The notes below the pieces were generated by a model that saw nothing but the letters and a program-made list of their open reading frames with translations, did not search any database and had not been told where the DNA came from. Source: Lentisphaeria bacterium (GTDB lineage: Bacteria > Verrucomicrobiota > Lentisphaeria > Victivallales > UBA1829). From it: 64,000 nucleotides of DNA. Below, piece after piece: positions 1 to 9,233 of the stretch (position 1 is its first letter; the number at the start of each line of letters is the position of its first letter). The DNA is taken from the NCBI GenBank assembly GCA_017646015.1, contig JAGCNI010000009.1, forward strand, positions 10,535 to 74,534, read 5' to 3'. The position numbers and the translations under genes are program-made.

Positions 1-747
1 CCGGATTTTGCTGCTGAACGTACCATTCAGCTCAAACAGAGTGATTTTTCCCGTATCCTTGACCGTATCTCTTATGCAGTCAGCTCTGATGATTCCAGAA
101 AAGTGCTTCAGGGGATTCTCCTCTCTGTCAAAGAAGGAAATCTTACCGCTGTCGCTACTGATGGTAAACGGCTGGCTCTGGTTGAAAAAATGTTGGAAAA
201 TGCCGGAGAAGGTTCTGACGGTGATGTGATCATCACGATCAAAGTTGCCAATGAAATCAAACGTATGCTCGATAAAGAGGGCGACGTTACTATGGAAATC
301 GGCGAAAAACAGGTTCTCTTCAAAGTCAATGATACTGTTATTTACTCCAAACTCATTGATGGAAATTATCCGAACTACCGTCAGGTCATTCCTGCAAGTT
401 TCAGCAAAAAGATCTCTGTTCCCGGTGCTGAATTTGTTGATGCTCTGGAAATTGTCAGTATCCCTCTGTGCGATACAGCCACACCGTTTGTGAAGATTAC
501 TTTTGCAGACAACAAACTGTTGTTTGAAGCAAACAGCAATATCGGTGAAGGTCGTGAATTCATAAACATTGATTATGCGGATCAGGAAGAAGTTTCCCTT
601 TCTTTCAATCCTCAGCTTCTTTCCGATCCTTTCAAACACATTGGTGTTGACAATGTGATCGTGAAGATCAATGATGCTTTCAGCCCGATCGCTCTGGAAA
701 GCGGCGATGGTTTCCTTTATGTTATCATGCCCATGAGAAACAAATAA
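1..747 (+). CDS. dnaN: DNA polymerase III beta sliding clamp, 3' part (5' end lies upstream of the window)
   Basis: Frame 1 is open from base 1 (PDFAAERTIQLKQSDFSRILDRISYAVSSDDSRKVLQGILL...) and runs into the listed 103..747 ORF. Clamp-typical stretches are TAVATDGKRLALVE, IDGNYPNYRQVIP and the C-terminal FLYVIMPMR. recF follows, which is the conserved dnaN-recF order. Confidence 0.9.
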   Translation, partial: PDFAAERTIQLKQSDFSRILDRISYAVSSDDSRKVLQGILLSVKEGNLTAVATDGKRLALVEKMLENAGEGSDGDVIITIKVANEIKRMLDKEGDVTMEIGEKQVLFKVNDTVIYSKLIDGNYPNYRQVIPASFSKKISVPGAEFVDALEIVSIPLCDTATPFVKITFADNKLLFEANSNIGEGREFINIDYADQEEVSLSFNPQLLSDPFKHIGVDNVIVKINDAFSPIALESGDGFLYVIMPMRNK

Positions 748-774
748 GGGATTTTTCAGCAGAAAATACCATAT

Positions 775-819
775 TCAGACGGCGGACTCTCCGGAAACCG
801 CCGTCTGAGATTTTTATTT
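775..819 (+). terminator. Rho-independent terminator after dnaN
   Basis: Perfect 11 bp stem tcagacggcgg (775-785) / ccgccgtctga (798-808) with a 12 nt loop, followed by gatttttattt. Confidence 0.7.
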
Positions 820-828
820 GCAGAGAAT

Positions 829-1908
829 ATGCTGATCAGTGAATTGAAATTGGAAAACTTCCGTAATTTTCATCATGCGGATCTTGCTTTTTCATCTGAT
901 ATCATTTTGTTTACAGGTTCCAACGGACAGGGTAAAACCTCTCTGCTGGAAGCTGTTTTTTATCTTTCAACGCTGCGTTCTTTCCGTACATCCAGGATCA
1001 ATGAACTCCGGAAGATAGGAACAGCATCCTTTTCTCTTTCTTTATCTTTTCAGCGTGCGCCGGGGTGGAGATCTTTATTAGAGATCCGTGCAGGGGAGAA
1101 TCGTTTTTTATCGGTTGACCATGTTCCGGTAAGCCGTGCGAGTGATTTTACGGGAAAGATCAAAACGATTGCATTTCTGCCGGATGATCCTTTGATCATC
1201 AGTGGTTCTTCCATGTTGCGGCGGCGTTTTTTTGATATGTATATTTCCATGCTTGACCGGAATTATTTTACAGCTTTACAGAATTATTCCTCTGCTTTGC
1301 GTTCCCGGAATATTTTATTGAAAGATCATAAATGTGATCCTTCGATCCTTCATTCTTATTCTTCTGTTCTGGCGGCATCCGGTTCAGAAATTGTGCAGTT
1401 ACGGAAAAAATATACCGTGATTCTGGAAGAGGTGATGAAAGAGATCCTTTCAGAAATAGCTCCCGGACTGACTCATTTCCAGATCCGGATGCGTTACAAC
1501 CGGGAAACAGAAAATGCAGAGAGTTATTTGAATAAAGCTGTATCTGAATCCGGACGGGATATTCAGAAAGGATTTACTTCATTCGGGCCGCATCTGGATG
1601 ATTTTGAATTTATTTCAGATGGCAGATCTCTGCGGAATTTCGGTTCACGCGGGCAATGCCGCATTACTGCTTTGACCTTGAAACTGGCTCAGTTGGAAGC
1701 TGTACGTCAATCGCAGGGAGCATTGAAAGATACTGTTGTGCTGGTCGATGATGCCATGGCAGATCTGGATGAAAAAACACGGATCCTTTTTATGAACAGA
1801 ATTTCTTCTGCCGGTCAGCTCTTTTTTGCGTTTACCGAGATCCCACCGGAGTTTTCTTTTGAAAAAGCCGCTGAATTCAAAGTACAAAACGGAAATATCG
1901 TTTTTTGA
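829..1908 (+). CDS. recF: DNA replication and repair protein RecF
   Basis: N-terminus MLISELKLENFRNF plus Walker A GSNGQGKTSLLEA. C-terminal LVDDAMADLDEK Walker B-like signature. Position directly after dnaN. Confidence 0.9.
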   Translation: MLISELKLENFRNFHHADLAFSSDIILFTGSNGQGKTSLLEAVFYLSTLRSFRTSRINELRKIGTASFSLSLSFQRAPGWRSLLEIRAGENRFLSVDHVPVSRASDFTGKIKTIAFLPDDPLIISGSSMLRRRFFDMYISMLDRNYFTALQNYSSALRSRNILLKDHKCDPSILHSYSSVLAASGSEIVQLRKKYTVILEEVMKEILSEIAPGLTHFQIRMRYNRETENAESYLNKAVSESGRDIQKGFTSFGPHLDDFEFISDGRSLRNFGSRGQCRITALTLKLAQLEAVRQSQGALKDTVVLVDDAMADLDEKTRILFMNRISSAGQLFFAFTEIPPEFSFEKAAEFKVQNGNIVF

Positions 1909-1968
1909 TTTGATGTTTCTGTACTTGCAGGTTATATTAATGTACCAACAGAATGGAGAAAAAATATT

Positions 1969-3141
1969 ATGACCTTACGGGAAGCAGGCGAAAGATTTGA
2001 ACAGTTCTTTATTGAAGTGATCCGGGAACGGCGTCACGATTCCTTGAGTATGTATCTCAAAGGGATCCTGTTTGTGGCTTCACGTTTCTACCGCAGAGCT
2101 GTGCAGTTCCGTCTTTGGATGTATAACAACCGGGTGATCCGCAACCGTGCGATCGGATGTCTTGTGGTCAGTATCGGAAACGTTACCTGCGGCGGAACCG
2201 GAAAAACTCCTGTTGTGGAAGTCTTTGCCAGAACATTGAGCCAGAAAGGTCGTAAAGTTGCCATTCTCAGCCGGGGATACCGCAGCAAAAACCGTTCACT
2301 CCTTACAAAAATCAAGATGAAATTTTCCTCTGACAAAGGTGAAATTCCGCCCCGTGTTGTTTCAGACGGAAAAAATCTTCTGCTCGATTCCATTACCGCC
2401 GGGGATGAACCTTTCATGTTGGCTTCAAACTTGAAAAATGTTGCTGTTCTGGTCGATAAAGACAGAGTGAAATCCGGATTGTATGCTATCGAAAAATTCG
2501 GAACAGATACTCTGATTTTGGATGACGGGTTTCAATATCTTAACCTGAAAGCACATATCAATATTCTTCTGGTTGATTCCACTTCACCCTTTGATAATCA
2601 TCATGTTCTGCCGCGCGGATTGCTCCGGGAACCGATCAAAAATATCCGGCGGGCAGATTATATTTTCCTTACAAAATCAGATGGTTCAGCAAGACTGCGT
2701 CACTTGAAAGCATTTTTAAGACGTCAGAATCACATGGCTGAAATTATTGAATGTTGTCACAGACCGCAATATCTGGAAGATGTTTATGACCGTGGAAAAC
2801 AAATGCCTCTTTCGGCACTGAAAGGAAAACGTCTTGCTTCGATTTCTGCGATTGCAAATCCCGCCAGCTTCAATGGATTCCTTTCCGAACTGGGCGGAAA
2901 TATTGTCAAAGAAACTCATTTTGCCGATCATCACCGTTACCGTCAACAGGAAATGATCGACTTTATCAACGCTGCAAAAAATGCCGATGCAGAGTTGATC
3001 GTTACAACTGAAAAAGATGCTGTGCGTATGCCCCGTCTGGACAGACGGGATATTCCGATCGTTTTTCTCCGTGTACAGATTGATATTCTCAGCGGACAGG
3101 AAAACTTTGATCAGTGTATTTCCCGCATCTGTTTTATCTGA
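1969..3141 (+). CDS. lpxK: Tetraacyldisaccharide 4'-kinase (lipid A biosynthesis)
   Basis: P-loop GNVTCGGTGKTPVV, ILSRGY, DDGFQ, FADHHRY and TTEKDAVR blocks typical of LpxK. Confidence 0.85.
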   Translation: MTLREAGERFEQFFIEVIRERRHDSLSMYLKGILFVASRFYRRAVQFRLWMYNNRVIRNRAIGCLVVSIGNVTCGGTGKTPVVEVFARTLSQKGRKVAILSRGYRSKNRSLLTKIKMKFSSDKGEIPPRVVSDGKNLLLDSITAGDEPFMLASNLKNVAVLVDKDRVKSGLYAIEKFGTDTLILDDGFQYLNLKAHINILLVDSTSPFDNHHVLPRGLLREPIKNIRRADYIFLTKSDGSARLRHLKAFLRRQNHMAEIIECCHRPQYLEDVYDRGKQMPLSALKGKRLASISAIANPASFNGFLSELGGNIVKETHFADHHRYRQQEMIDFINAAKNADAELIVTTEKDAVRMPRLDRRDIPIVFLRVQIDILSGQENFDQCISRICFI

Positions 3142-3788
3142 AGAAAAAGTCTTGTTCCGGCACTGTCAGGCAGTTCAAAACATTCTGTGGCGCGGTATGG
3201 TCCTTTTTTCCATTTCTTCAGGAAAGGGATCTCCTGTTCATATTGTTCCGGTGTCCGGTAAATAATCAGTGATCCGTTGGCTTTCAGCATACCGCCAGCC
3301 TCTTTGACAAGGATATCCGCACTTGCGACCGCACGGGCAAAAATAACGTTGAAAGCAGCCCGGAAAGGCTCTTTTCTGCCCAATTCATTTCCACGTCCGT
3401 GGATCCCTTTGAGATTGTTGAGAGAAAGTTTTGCAGCGGCGGCATTGACATAATCGATTTTCTTGCGTGTGGAATCAATGGAAGTGATCCTTACTTCCGG
3501 AAAAGCGGCTGCCAGTACAAGGGATGGAAAACCTGCACCGCATCCGAGATCGCATAATTGCATTTCAGAAGTGAAGATTTCCGGAAAATAACGGCAAACG
3601 GAAAGAGAATCAGCCACATGACGGCTCCAGAAACCGTCTTCTTTGATCGCTGTAAGATTCAGATTTTGGTTTGTTTCGTACAGAAAATCTCCCAGCATCT
3701 TCATTTTTTCAATGAACTCCGCCGGATCTTTTTTCAAACATTCCTGAATGAAAACGAAAGAAGATTCAGAAGGATCAGAAATTATCAT
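3111..3788 (-). CDS. rsmG: 16S rRNA (guanine527-N7)-methyltransferase RsmG/GidB
   Basis: NLNLTAI, WSRHVADSL and SAM-binding DLGCGAGFPSLVLA motifs. Its 3' end overlaps the convergent lpxK 3' end by 31 nt. Confidence 0.85.
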   Translation of the reverse strand: MIISDPSESSFVFIQECLKKDPAEFIEKMKMLGDFLYETNQNLNLTAIKEDGFWSRHVADSLSVCRYFPEIFTSEMQLCDLGCGAGFPSLVLAAAFPEVRITSIDSTRKKIDYVNAAAAKLSLNNLKGIHGRGNELGRKEPFRAAFNVIFARAVASADILVKEAGGMLKANGSLIIYRTPEQYEQEIPFLKKWKKGPYRATECFELPDSAGTRLFLQIKQMREIH

Positions 3789-3789
3789 A

Positions 3790-4338
3790 TTACTTTTTTC
3801 CTATCAGTTGGATCAACAGGATCAATGCGGAAATTGACCACAGGATCGAAAAAACACTTCCGAGAAGACGCCAGCGGAAAGAATGACACATGGCACGGAA
3901 TGAATCACGGAGCCAATAAGGTTTTCCCCCGATAAAGATAGCATAAGTTCCTGCAATCAAAGATAATGCAGCAAAAAATCCACTGTATTTAAGATTGGCT
4001 GTGAAAGTTTCTGAAAGCATGGCGTGGACCAACAGGATCATTGCCCCGGCTGAGGATCTCGCAAAAAGATGATCCAGATACCGATAGCACAGAGCTGTAA
4101 GGATAACTGCCGCCGGAATCAACCAATACAGATTCTCTTCCGGAGAAAAAAGAGGTTTTACATTCGGAATAAATGCCAGTAATGCCAGTAATCCCGTGAT
4201 TCCTCCGGCTGTTTTATTTCTGGGCAGTTTTTCCCAGAAAGAGAGATTCTTTTCGTTCATTCGCAAAAACATTCCTGCTGTGAACAGAAAAAAGAGAAAA
4301 ATAAAACCGAGTCCAGCTTTCAATATCATTTTTATCAA
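3790..4338 (-). CDS. Multi-pass membrane protein, function unknown
   Basis: 182 aa with several long hydrophobic segments (GLGFIFLFFLFTAGMFL, GITGLLALLAFI, WLIPAAVILTALC, GFFAALSLIAGTYAIFI, LLGSVFSILWSISALILLIQLI). It sits 1 nt upstream of rsmG and 14 nt downstream of the PEGA gene. I recognise no family. Confidence 0.55.
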   Translation of the reverse strand: MIKMILKAGLGFIFLFFLFTAGMFLRMNEKNLSFWEKLPRNKTAGGITGLLALLAFIPNVKPLFSPEENLYWLIPAAVILTALCYRYLDHLFARSSAGAMILLVHAMLSETFTANLKYSGFFAALSLIAGTYAIFIGGKPYWLRDSFRAMCHSFRWRLLGSVFSILWSISALILLIQLIGKK

Positions 4339-4352
4339 GTTCCTGTGTGTTA

Positions 4353-5696
4353 TTATTCAACGATTTTCAAAAATTTTACTTCACTGATCTGACTCTTCCG
4401 GATCGTGTATTTCACGCCCGGCTGAGGTTCAAAAAGATACGAATCAGAAAGTGTCTGAATGATTTTTCCGGTTTCAGTATTTCCATCTTTCCGGGTAATA
4501 ATGGCATTGGGGATCCACAAAGAAAGATTATTCAAACGGACTGTTTCCCCTTTATTTACATTGAACTTGACCACTTTGCTGTTGGGTCTGCCGCGTTTGT
4601 GCGTGATTTTCAAAACGTGAGAACCGATACTGAGATTTTTGACCTTGAAGATCTTGGATGTACCGGGATTGGTCTTATCCGGTTCAGTGATACCGATCAT
4701 TTTTCCATCCAGATACAGAGTGACTCCGGAAGGTTGTGTCACAATATCCACACCGCCGGTATTACTGTCCAGATTCATGGTGATATCCAAATTCCCGCCT
4801 GCGGGCAGATTCAAAGTGCGTACCGCCGGATCAAATCCTGTTTTTTCAAGACGGATCGTATAGATCCCGGGTGTGAGATTTTCCAATTTGAGCGGAGTAT
4901 CTCCATAATGTTTATTGCCGATCAGGATTTTTGCCCCGGAAGGTCTGGAGGAAATTCTGATATTTCCGGGTTTCACTTCCAGAATCTGTTTTCTCAGAAA
5001 AGTGGTCTCTCCCCGTTTGATCTGTACGATACGGGTCAGAGGAAGATAACCCTCTTTGCGGAATTCAATGGTATGTCTTCCTTCTTCCAACTGTTCTTTG
5101 AAAGGAGTTATGCCGGTTTTTTTGTTATTCACATAAATATCAACATGGTCCGGAATCGTTGTTATATTGAGTGTTCCCTGATTGGAAGTGATATCTGTTT
5201 TCACCAGTTTCGGAACAGAAGAATCAATTTTCCAGGAAACTGTTTTACGGGTATAACCGTGACGGTATATTTCTGCTGTATATTCCCCGTGCGGCAGATC
5301 CCGTATGACAACCGGGGTGGATCCCAGTTCTTTCCCTTGAAAACGTACTGTTGCCTGTTCCGGTTCTGTCACGATCATAACAGAGGATGTTTCAGGTGCA
5401 AGTTCAAATTTGATCTTTTGATTGTTTCCCTGTTTGACTTCGATTTTCTGCCATAAAGGTTCATATTTTTCCTTGGAGACTTTGACGATATAGCTTCCGG
5501 GCGGAAGGCGGAAACTGACCGGAGCAGGAGTGAAAATATCATATCCGATGATTTCGATATCTGCTTTTTCAGGAATCGTATCAATCGCAATGACCGGTTT
5601 TTGGATCACCGCTTTTTTCTTACAGGAAACAGTCGGCAGAAGTAGAAAAACAACAGCTGCCGCAAAGAAAAAACGCATCAATACAGATTTGTTCAT
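4353..5696 (-). CDS. Secreted, probably lipidated protein with about five PEGA repeats
   Basis: Signal peptide ending LLLPTVSC. Repeated units are IDTIPEKADIEI, VMIVTEPEQATVRFQGKELGSTP, LNITTIPDHVDIYVNNKKTGITP, IRISSRPSGAKILIGNKHYGDTP and VDIVTQPSGVTLYLDGKMIGIT. Confidence 0.75.
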   Translation of the reverse strand: MNKSVLMRFFFAAAVVFLLLPTVSCKKKAVIQKPVIAIDTIPEKADIEIIGYDIFTPAPVSFRLPPGSYIVKVSKEKYEPLWQKIEVKQGNNQKIKFELAPETSSVMIVTEPEQATVRFQGKELGSTPVVIRDLPHGEYTAEIYRHGYTRKTVSWKIDSSVPKLVKTDITSNQGTLNITTIPDHVDIYVNNKKTGITPFKEQLEEGRHTIEFRKEGYLPLTRIVQIKRGETTFLRKQILEVKPGNIRISSRPSGAKILIGNKHYGDTPLKLENLTPGIYTIRLEKTGFDPAVRTLNLPAGGNLDITMNLDSNTGGVDIVTQPSGVTLYLDGKMIGITEPDKTNPGTSKIFKVKNLSIGSHVLKITHKRGRPNSKVVKFNVNKGETVRLNNLSLWIPNAIITRKDGNTETGKIIQTLSDSYLFEPQPGVKYTIRKSQISEVKFLKIVE

Positions 5697-5699
5697 AAG

Positions 5700-7085
5700 T
5701 TATCTCCTCCGTCCTTTTTTATTTTGGTTTGAAAGAAGACGTTCCAGCGCGATTTTATTATCTCTGATCTTGGAATACAAAGCTTCTTCCGGATCCAGCA
5801 TCATCAACAGTCTGCTGCATTCACTGATCGCTTCAGCATATTGTTTTTTCTGTAAATAAAGATTGGCATTGAAACGGATATCTTTGATCATTTTCTGCCG
5901 CAGATTTTCCGCTTCATTCAATTTCCGTTTTGCAATATCATAGTTGCGCGGCTTCGGATCAAACTGTTCCAGAAAATCCACTGTGATCTTGTAACGCATG
6001 ATTGCATTCCGCAGATTTTCCGGGCGCGCCTGATAATTTTGAAACAACTCTTCCGCTGTAACAAAAGAACGTTCCGCTTCTTCAAGCATCTCTTTTTCAG
6101 AAAGAGCGATCGTTTTCAGCCCGTGATCCTCTGCAAAACTTTCGATGGCATGTTCTATCTGTTCAAAAGAGGTGGGCGGATATGTATTCTGAATGATGAT
6201 ATTATTCAGATTGGTATTGTAACAAATGGTCATGGAACGGATTTCATCCACATCTCCATCGGGTTTTCCCGGCGGCTCATTCTTGATATTCATAAAGTTC
6301 GTATCTTTAACAGCATCCACAAGACGTTTGAGAATATCTTTTTCAAGTTCACCGATCCCTTTGGAAAAATGACGGCGTCCTTTCAGGTCATCCAATTTGA
6401 ATATGACTCCGTTATTTTCGATCCGGACATAAAAACGGAATACATTGTCTTTGGAGATCTGTTGTTTTTCATAGACCAGAAGAAATGGTATATTGATCTG
6501 TTTGCCGGCATTGCTGTTTTTATTTTTTTCCGGCGGATTATTCAACATGCCAAAGATCAGCAAACTGCCGCATGCAAGGATCGTAACCAGCAGGGCAAAC
6601 AACAGATTGGCAATTTTTTTCCGGCTGGAAGGTTCTTCCGCAGAGGTGGAAGGTTCTTCCTTTTTTCCGCCGAAAATATTGGTATTGACAGGAATCTGCT
6701 GAGTGCTTTTGCCTGGTTTTTCAAGTTCTTTGATCTTCAAAGGTGATGCAACAGGAGAAACAACTGTTGCCGGGGCATTTTTGGTTTCCATGAAACTTTC
6801 ATCAAATAATATGACCTGTTCCCCGATCTGGATCTCATCGCCTTTTTTCAATTTCTGCGGAGTTGTGATCTTCACACCGTTGATCTTGGTTCCGTTGGTA
6901 CTGCCGAGATCACAGATCTGCCAAATCTTTTCCGCTGTATTGTAGTCGATTTTTACATGATAACGGGAGATCCCCGGTGTGAGAAGTTGAATATCATTAT
7001 CTTCCTCACGTCCGATACAGATTCCCGGAGGAACCAGTTTCCAGTGTTCTCCTTTTTTATTCCCATTCAAAAAATAAAGATTCAT
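5700..7085 (-). CDS. FHA domain protein with one TM segment and a helical, TPR-like C-terminal region
   Basis: FHA signature ICIGREEDNDIQLLTPGISRYHVKI...ICDLGSTNGTKINGVKI...GDEIQIG. TM segment IANLLFALLVTILACGSLLIFGML. I prefer the start at ATG 7085 (MNLYFLNGNKKGEHW) because it forms an ATGA overlap with the DUF192 stop. The listed ORF extends to 7124. Confidence 0.75.
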   Translation of the reverse strand: MNLYFLNGNKKGEHWKLVPPGICIGREEDNDIQLLTPGISRYHVKIDYNTAEKIWQICDLGSTNGTKINGVKITTPQKLKKGDEIQIGEQVILFDESFMETKNAPATVVSPVASPLKIKELEKPGKSTQQIPVNTNIFGGKKEEPSTSAEEPSSRKKIANLLFALLVTILACGSLLIFGMLNNPPEKNKNSNAGKQINIPFLLVYEKQQISKDNVFRFYVRIENNGVIFKLDDLKGRRHFSKGIGELEKDILKRLVDAVKDTNFMNIKNEPPGKPDGDVDEIRSMTICYNTNLNNIIIQNTYPPTSFEQIEHAIESFAEDHGLKTIALSEKEMLEEAERSFVTAEELFQNYQARPENLRNAIMRYKITVDFLEQFDPKPRNYDIAKRKLNEAENLRQKMIKDIRFNANLYLQKKQYAEAISECSRLLMMLDPEEALYSKIRDNKIALERLLSNQNKKGRRR

Positions 7086-7459
7086 ACAGTTTCCTCTCTT
7101 TCCGCAGAAAATTCCGGACACCATTCAAATAAATCATTTTCCGCTGTTTTTGAAGTCATTATTTTTCCAACCGGTAACTCTATCACATAATAGGCATTTT
7201 TGCAATAGAGAAATGGCATCCATGGAGAAAAATTTGTAACAGTTTTCAGCACTTTCTTCTCTTTGGAGAGAAAAATGATGTCCAAAGGGATGCTCATGAA
7301 AAAAGTATGGATCGCGTTACAGCGGTCAAAAATCATCCCGTCAAAAGCAGAAAAATCCCGCCCGATCATCCCCCGTAAACGGTCTGAAAAACTTTCCGGA
7401 AAAAATCCGCGCAAAGCAACAGTTTCCTGTTTTGTCTTGTTGAATACGGAAAACATCAT
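7082..7459 (-). CDS. DUF192 domain protein
   Basis: RGMIGRDFSAFDGMIF...HTFFMSIPLDIIFLSKEKKVL...YVIELPVG matches the DUF192 pattern (GLMGR..GMLF...PLDIIF...LEL.aG). Confidence 0.7.
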   Translation of the reverse strand: MMFSVFNKTKQETVALRGFFPESFSDRLRGMIGRDFSAFDGMIFDRCNAIHTFFMSIPLDIIFLSKEKKVLKTVTNFSPWMPFLYCKNAYYVIELPVGKIMTSKTAENDLFEWCPEFSAEREETV

Positions 7460-7466
7460 ACTGCGA

Positions 7467-8339
7467 TCACACGGAAAGAGTTTGCATTGCCTGATACAGG
7501 ATCGGGGCGATCAGAATGATAAAAACAGATGGGAAAATAAACAATACCACCGGGAAAAGAATTTTGACTGGAGCTTCATTTGCCAGTGTTTCAGCCCGGG
7601 CAAAACGTTTCTGCCGCAGCTGATCCCCCTGGATCCGCAGAAGCTGACCGATCCCGACTCCCAGTTCATCCGCCTGAACAATGGCGTTGATCACAGAGGT
7701 CAGTTCCGGATGATGCAGACGTTCTGAAAGATCGCGCAAGGCTGTCTGACGCTGTTTCCCGAGTTGGATCTCATGCAGAGTCCGTTTCAATTCACTGCCC
7801 AGGATATCCTCCGGACGTCTTGCAAGAATATCACGCAGTGATGTCAGAAAATCTTTCCCCGCCTCCACCGATAATGTCAAAAGATCCAATACATTCGGCA
7901 GTGCCTTGAGAATGGAAAGATGCCGGAGCCGGATCGTTTTTTTCAACCAGGTCGTCGGATAAAGGATCATCACAAGAAAAAACAATATCCCCGGCAGCGG
8001 TTTGCCTCCGGCAGTAACCAGAATCAGAAAAAGTCCGCCCAGGATCCCAAGCATGATCCGGATCCCGTAAAATTGATCCACACTCAATGTTTGATCAAAT
8101 CCGGCACTCTGGATCATTTCTGCCGTGTTCCGGCGGGATATATTCAGAAATTCTTTTTTCGTGATGAAAGTGAAATTCCCTGCCAGCGGCAGACAGATCC
8201 GGAAAATCAACGGCAGTTTGCGGATCTCCAACTCTTCCGGAGGTGTATCAACTTCCACTTTTCCCAGAAGATCAGCAAGAAGCATGAAAAGACAGAATAC
8301 CGCTCCGCCCATACAGAAAGATGCAAGAATCGTAAACAT
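7467..8339 (-). CDS. tadC: Tad/Flp-type platform protein TadC (T2SS-F domain)
   Basis: 290 aa with an N-terminal TM, a cytoplasmic helical T2SSF-like domain (LPNVLDLLTLSVEAGKDFLTSL...) and two C-terminal TMs. It is the second of two such genes after cpaF. Confidence 0.8.
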   Translation of the reverse strand: MFTILASFCMGGAVFCLFMLLADLLGKVEVDTPPEELEIRKLPLIFRICLPLAGNFTFITKKEFLNISRRNTAEMIQSAGFDQTLSVDQFYGIRIMLGILGGLFLILVTAGGKPLPGILFFLVMILYPTTWLKKTIRLRHLSILKALPNVLDLLTLSVEAGKDFLTSLRDILARRPEDILGSELKRTLHEIQLGKQRQTALRDLSERLHHPELTSVINAIVQADELGVGIGQLLRIQGDQLRQKRFARAETLANEAPVKILFPVVLFIFPSVFIILIAPILYQAMQTLSV

Positions 8340-8351
8340 AACAGCTCCTCC

Positions 8352-9233
8352 TCAAATATCGATCGTGGTGATCTTCCGGATCACAAGAAAACCGGTTATA
8401 TCAAGAATGATCACAGCAATCAGACACAATATCCCCGGAACAGTCTTGAAAAAAGCATTCATCATATCCGGAGCAATATTCATCATCGCCAGAAACAACG
8501 CCAACGGCATCAGACCGATGATGACCGCCTGCATCCTTCCCTGTGCTGTCAACGCACGGATCCTGCCGGTAATGCGGACTCGTTCCCGGATCACAGCTGC
8601 AAGACGTTCCAGCGTGGCAGTCAATTCGCCTCCCGTTTGACGGGCTGTCATGATCGAAACAGCCACCAGTTCAAAGTCCTGACACTGCAGACGGTTGGAC
8701 ATTTTATTGAGAGCTTCATCCAAAGAAACTCCCAGGCGCAATTCCTGGATCAGCAGACTGAATTCTACTGAAATCGGTTTCCGGTTTTCACTTGCAATCA
8801 CTTCCAACGCCTGATTGATACTGAATCCCGCTTTCAATGAACTGCTGATGGAAAGCAACGCATCTTCCAACTGTTCATTGAATTTTTTGAGCCGCTGTTT
8901 TTTCAGATAACGCAGATAGATCCGCGGCAGGGGAAAAAATGCGATCGCTCCGAGCAAGCCCACAAGGATGATCCGGGAAACAGAGAGTTCTTTTGTAATG
9001 ATCCCGAGTGTGATCACAGCAAGAAAACCTCCTGCCGCTGCGATTGCCAGACTCAGATCCAGAATTCTGGCAGGGGACATGGTCAGCAGAATATCATCCG
9101 CTTCGATTGCTGTTTCACGGATATATTTCTCTTTGTAACGGTTTGAAAAAAGCTGCACAAAATATACGATCGTATAGGTCGCAAAAATCACCGCAAGTCC
9201 CGCACAGAAAGCTGCCAGTAAAGCAAATTTCAT
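8352..9233 (-). CDS. tadB: Tad/Flp-type platform protein TadB (T2SS-F domain)
   Basis: T2SSF-like domain (LEDALLSISSSLKAGFSINQALEVI...). ATGA overlap with the cpaF stop (9230-9233). Confidence 0.8.
   Translation of the reverse strand: MKFALLAAFCAGLAVIFATYTIVYFVQLFSNRYKEKYIRETAIEADDILLTMSPARILDLSLAIAAAGGFLAVITLGIITKELSVSRIILVGLLGAIAFFPLPRIYLRYLKKQRLKKFNEQLEDALLSISSSLKAGFSINQALEVIASENRKPISVEFSLLIQELRLGVSLDEALNKMSNRLQCQDFELVAVSIMTARQTGGELTATLERLAAVIRERVRITGRIRALTAQGRMQAVIIGLMPLALFLAMMNIAPDMMNAFFKTVPGILCLIAVIILDITGFLVIRKITTIDI

Noticed and set aside
8-229. 73 aa plus-strand ORF at the left edge.
   Set aside because: It is out of frame with the dnaN reading frame, which is open from base 1 and carries clamp motifs.
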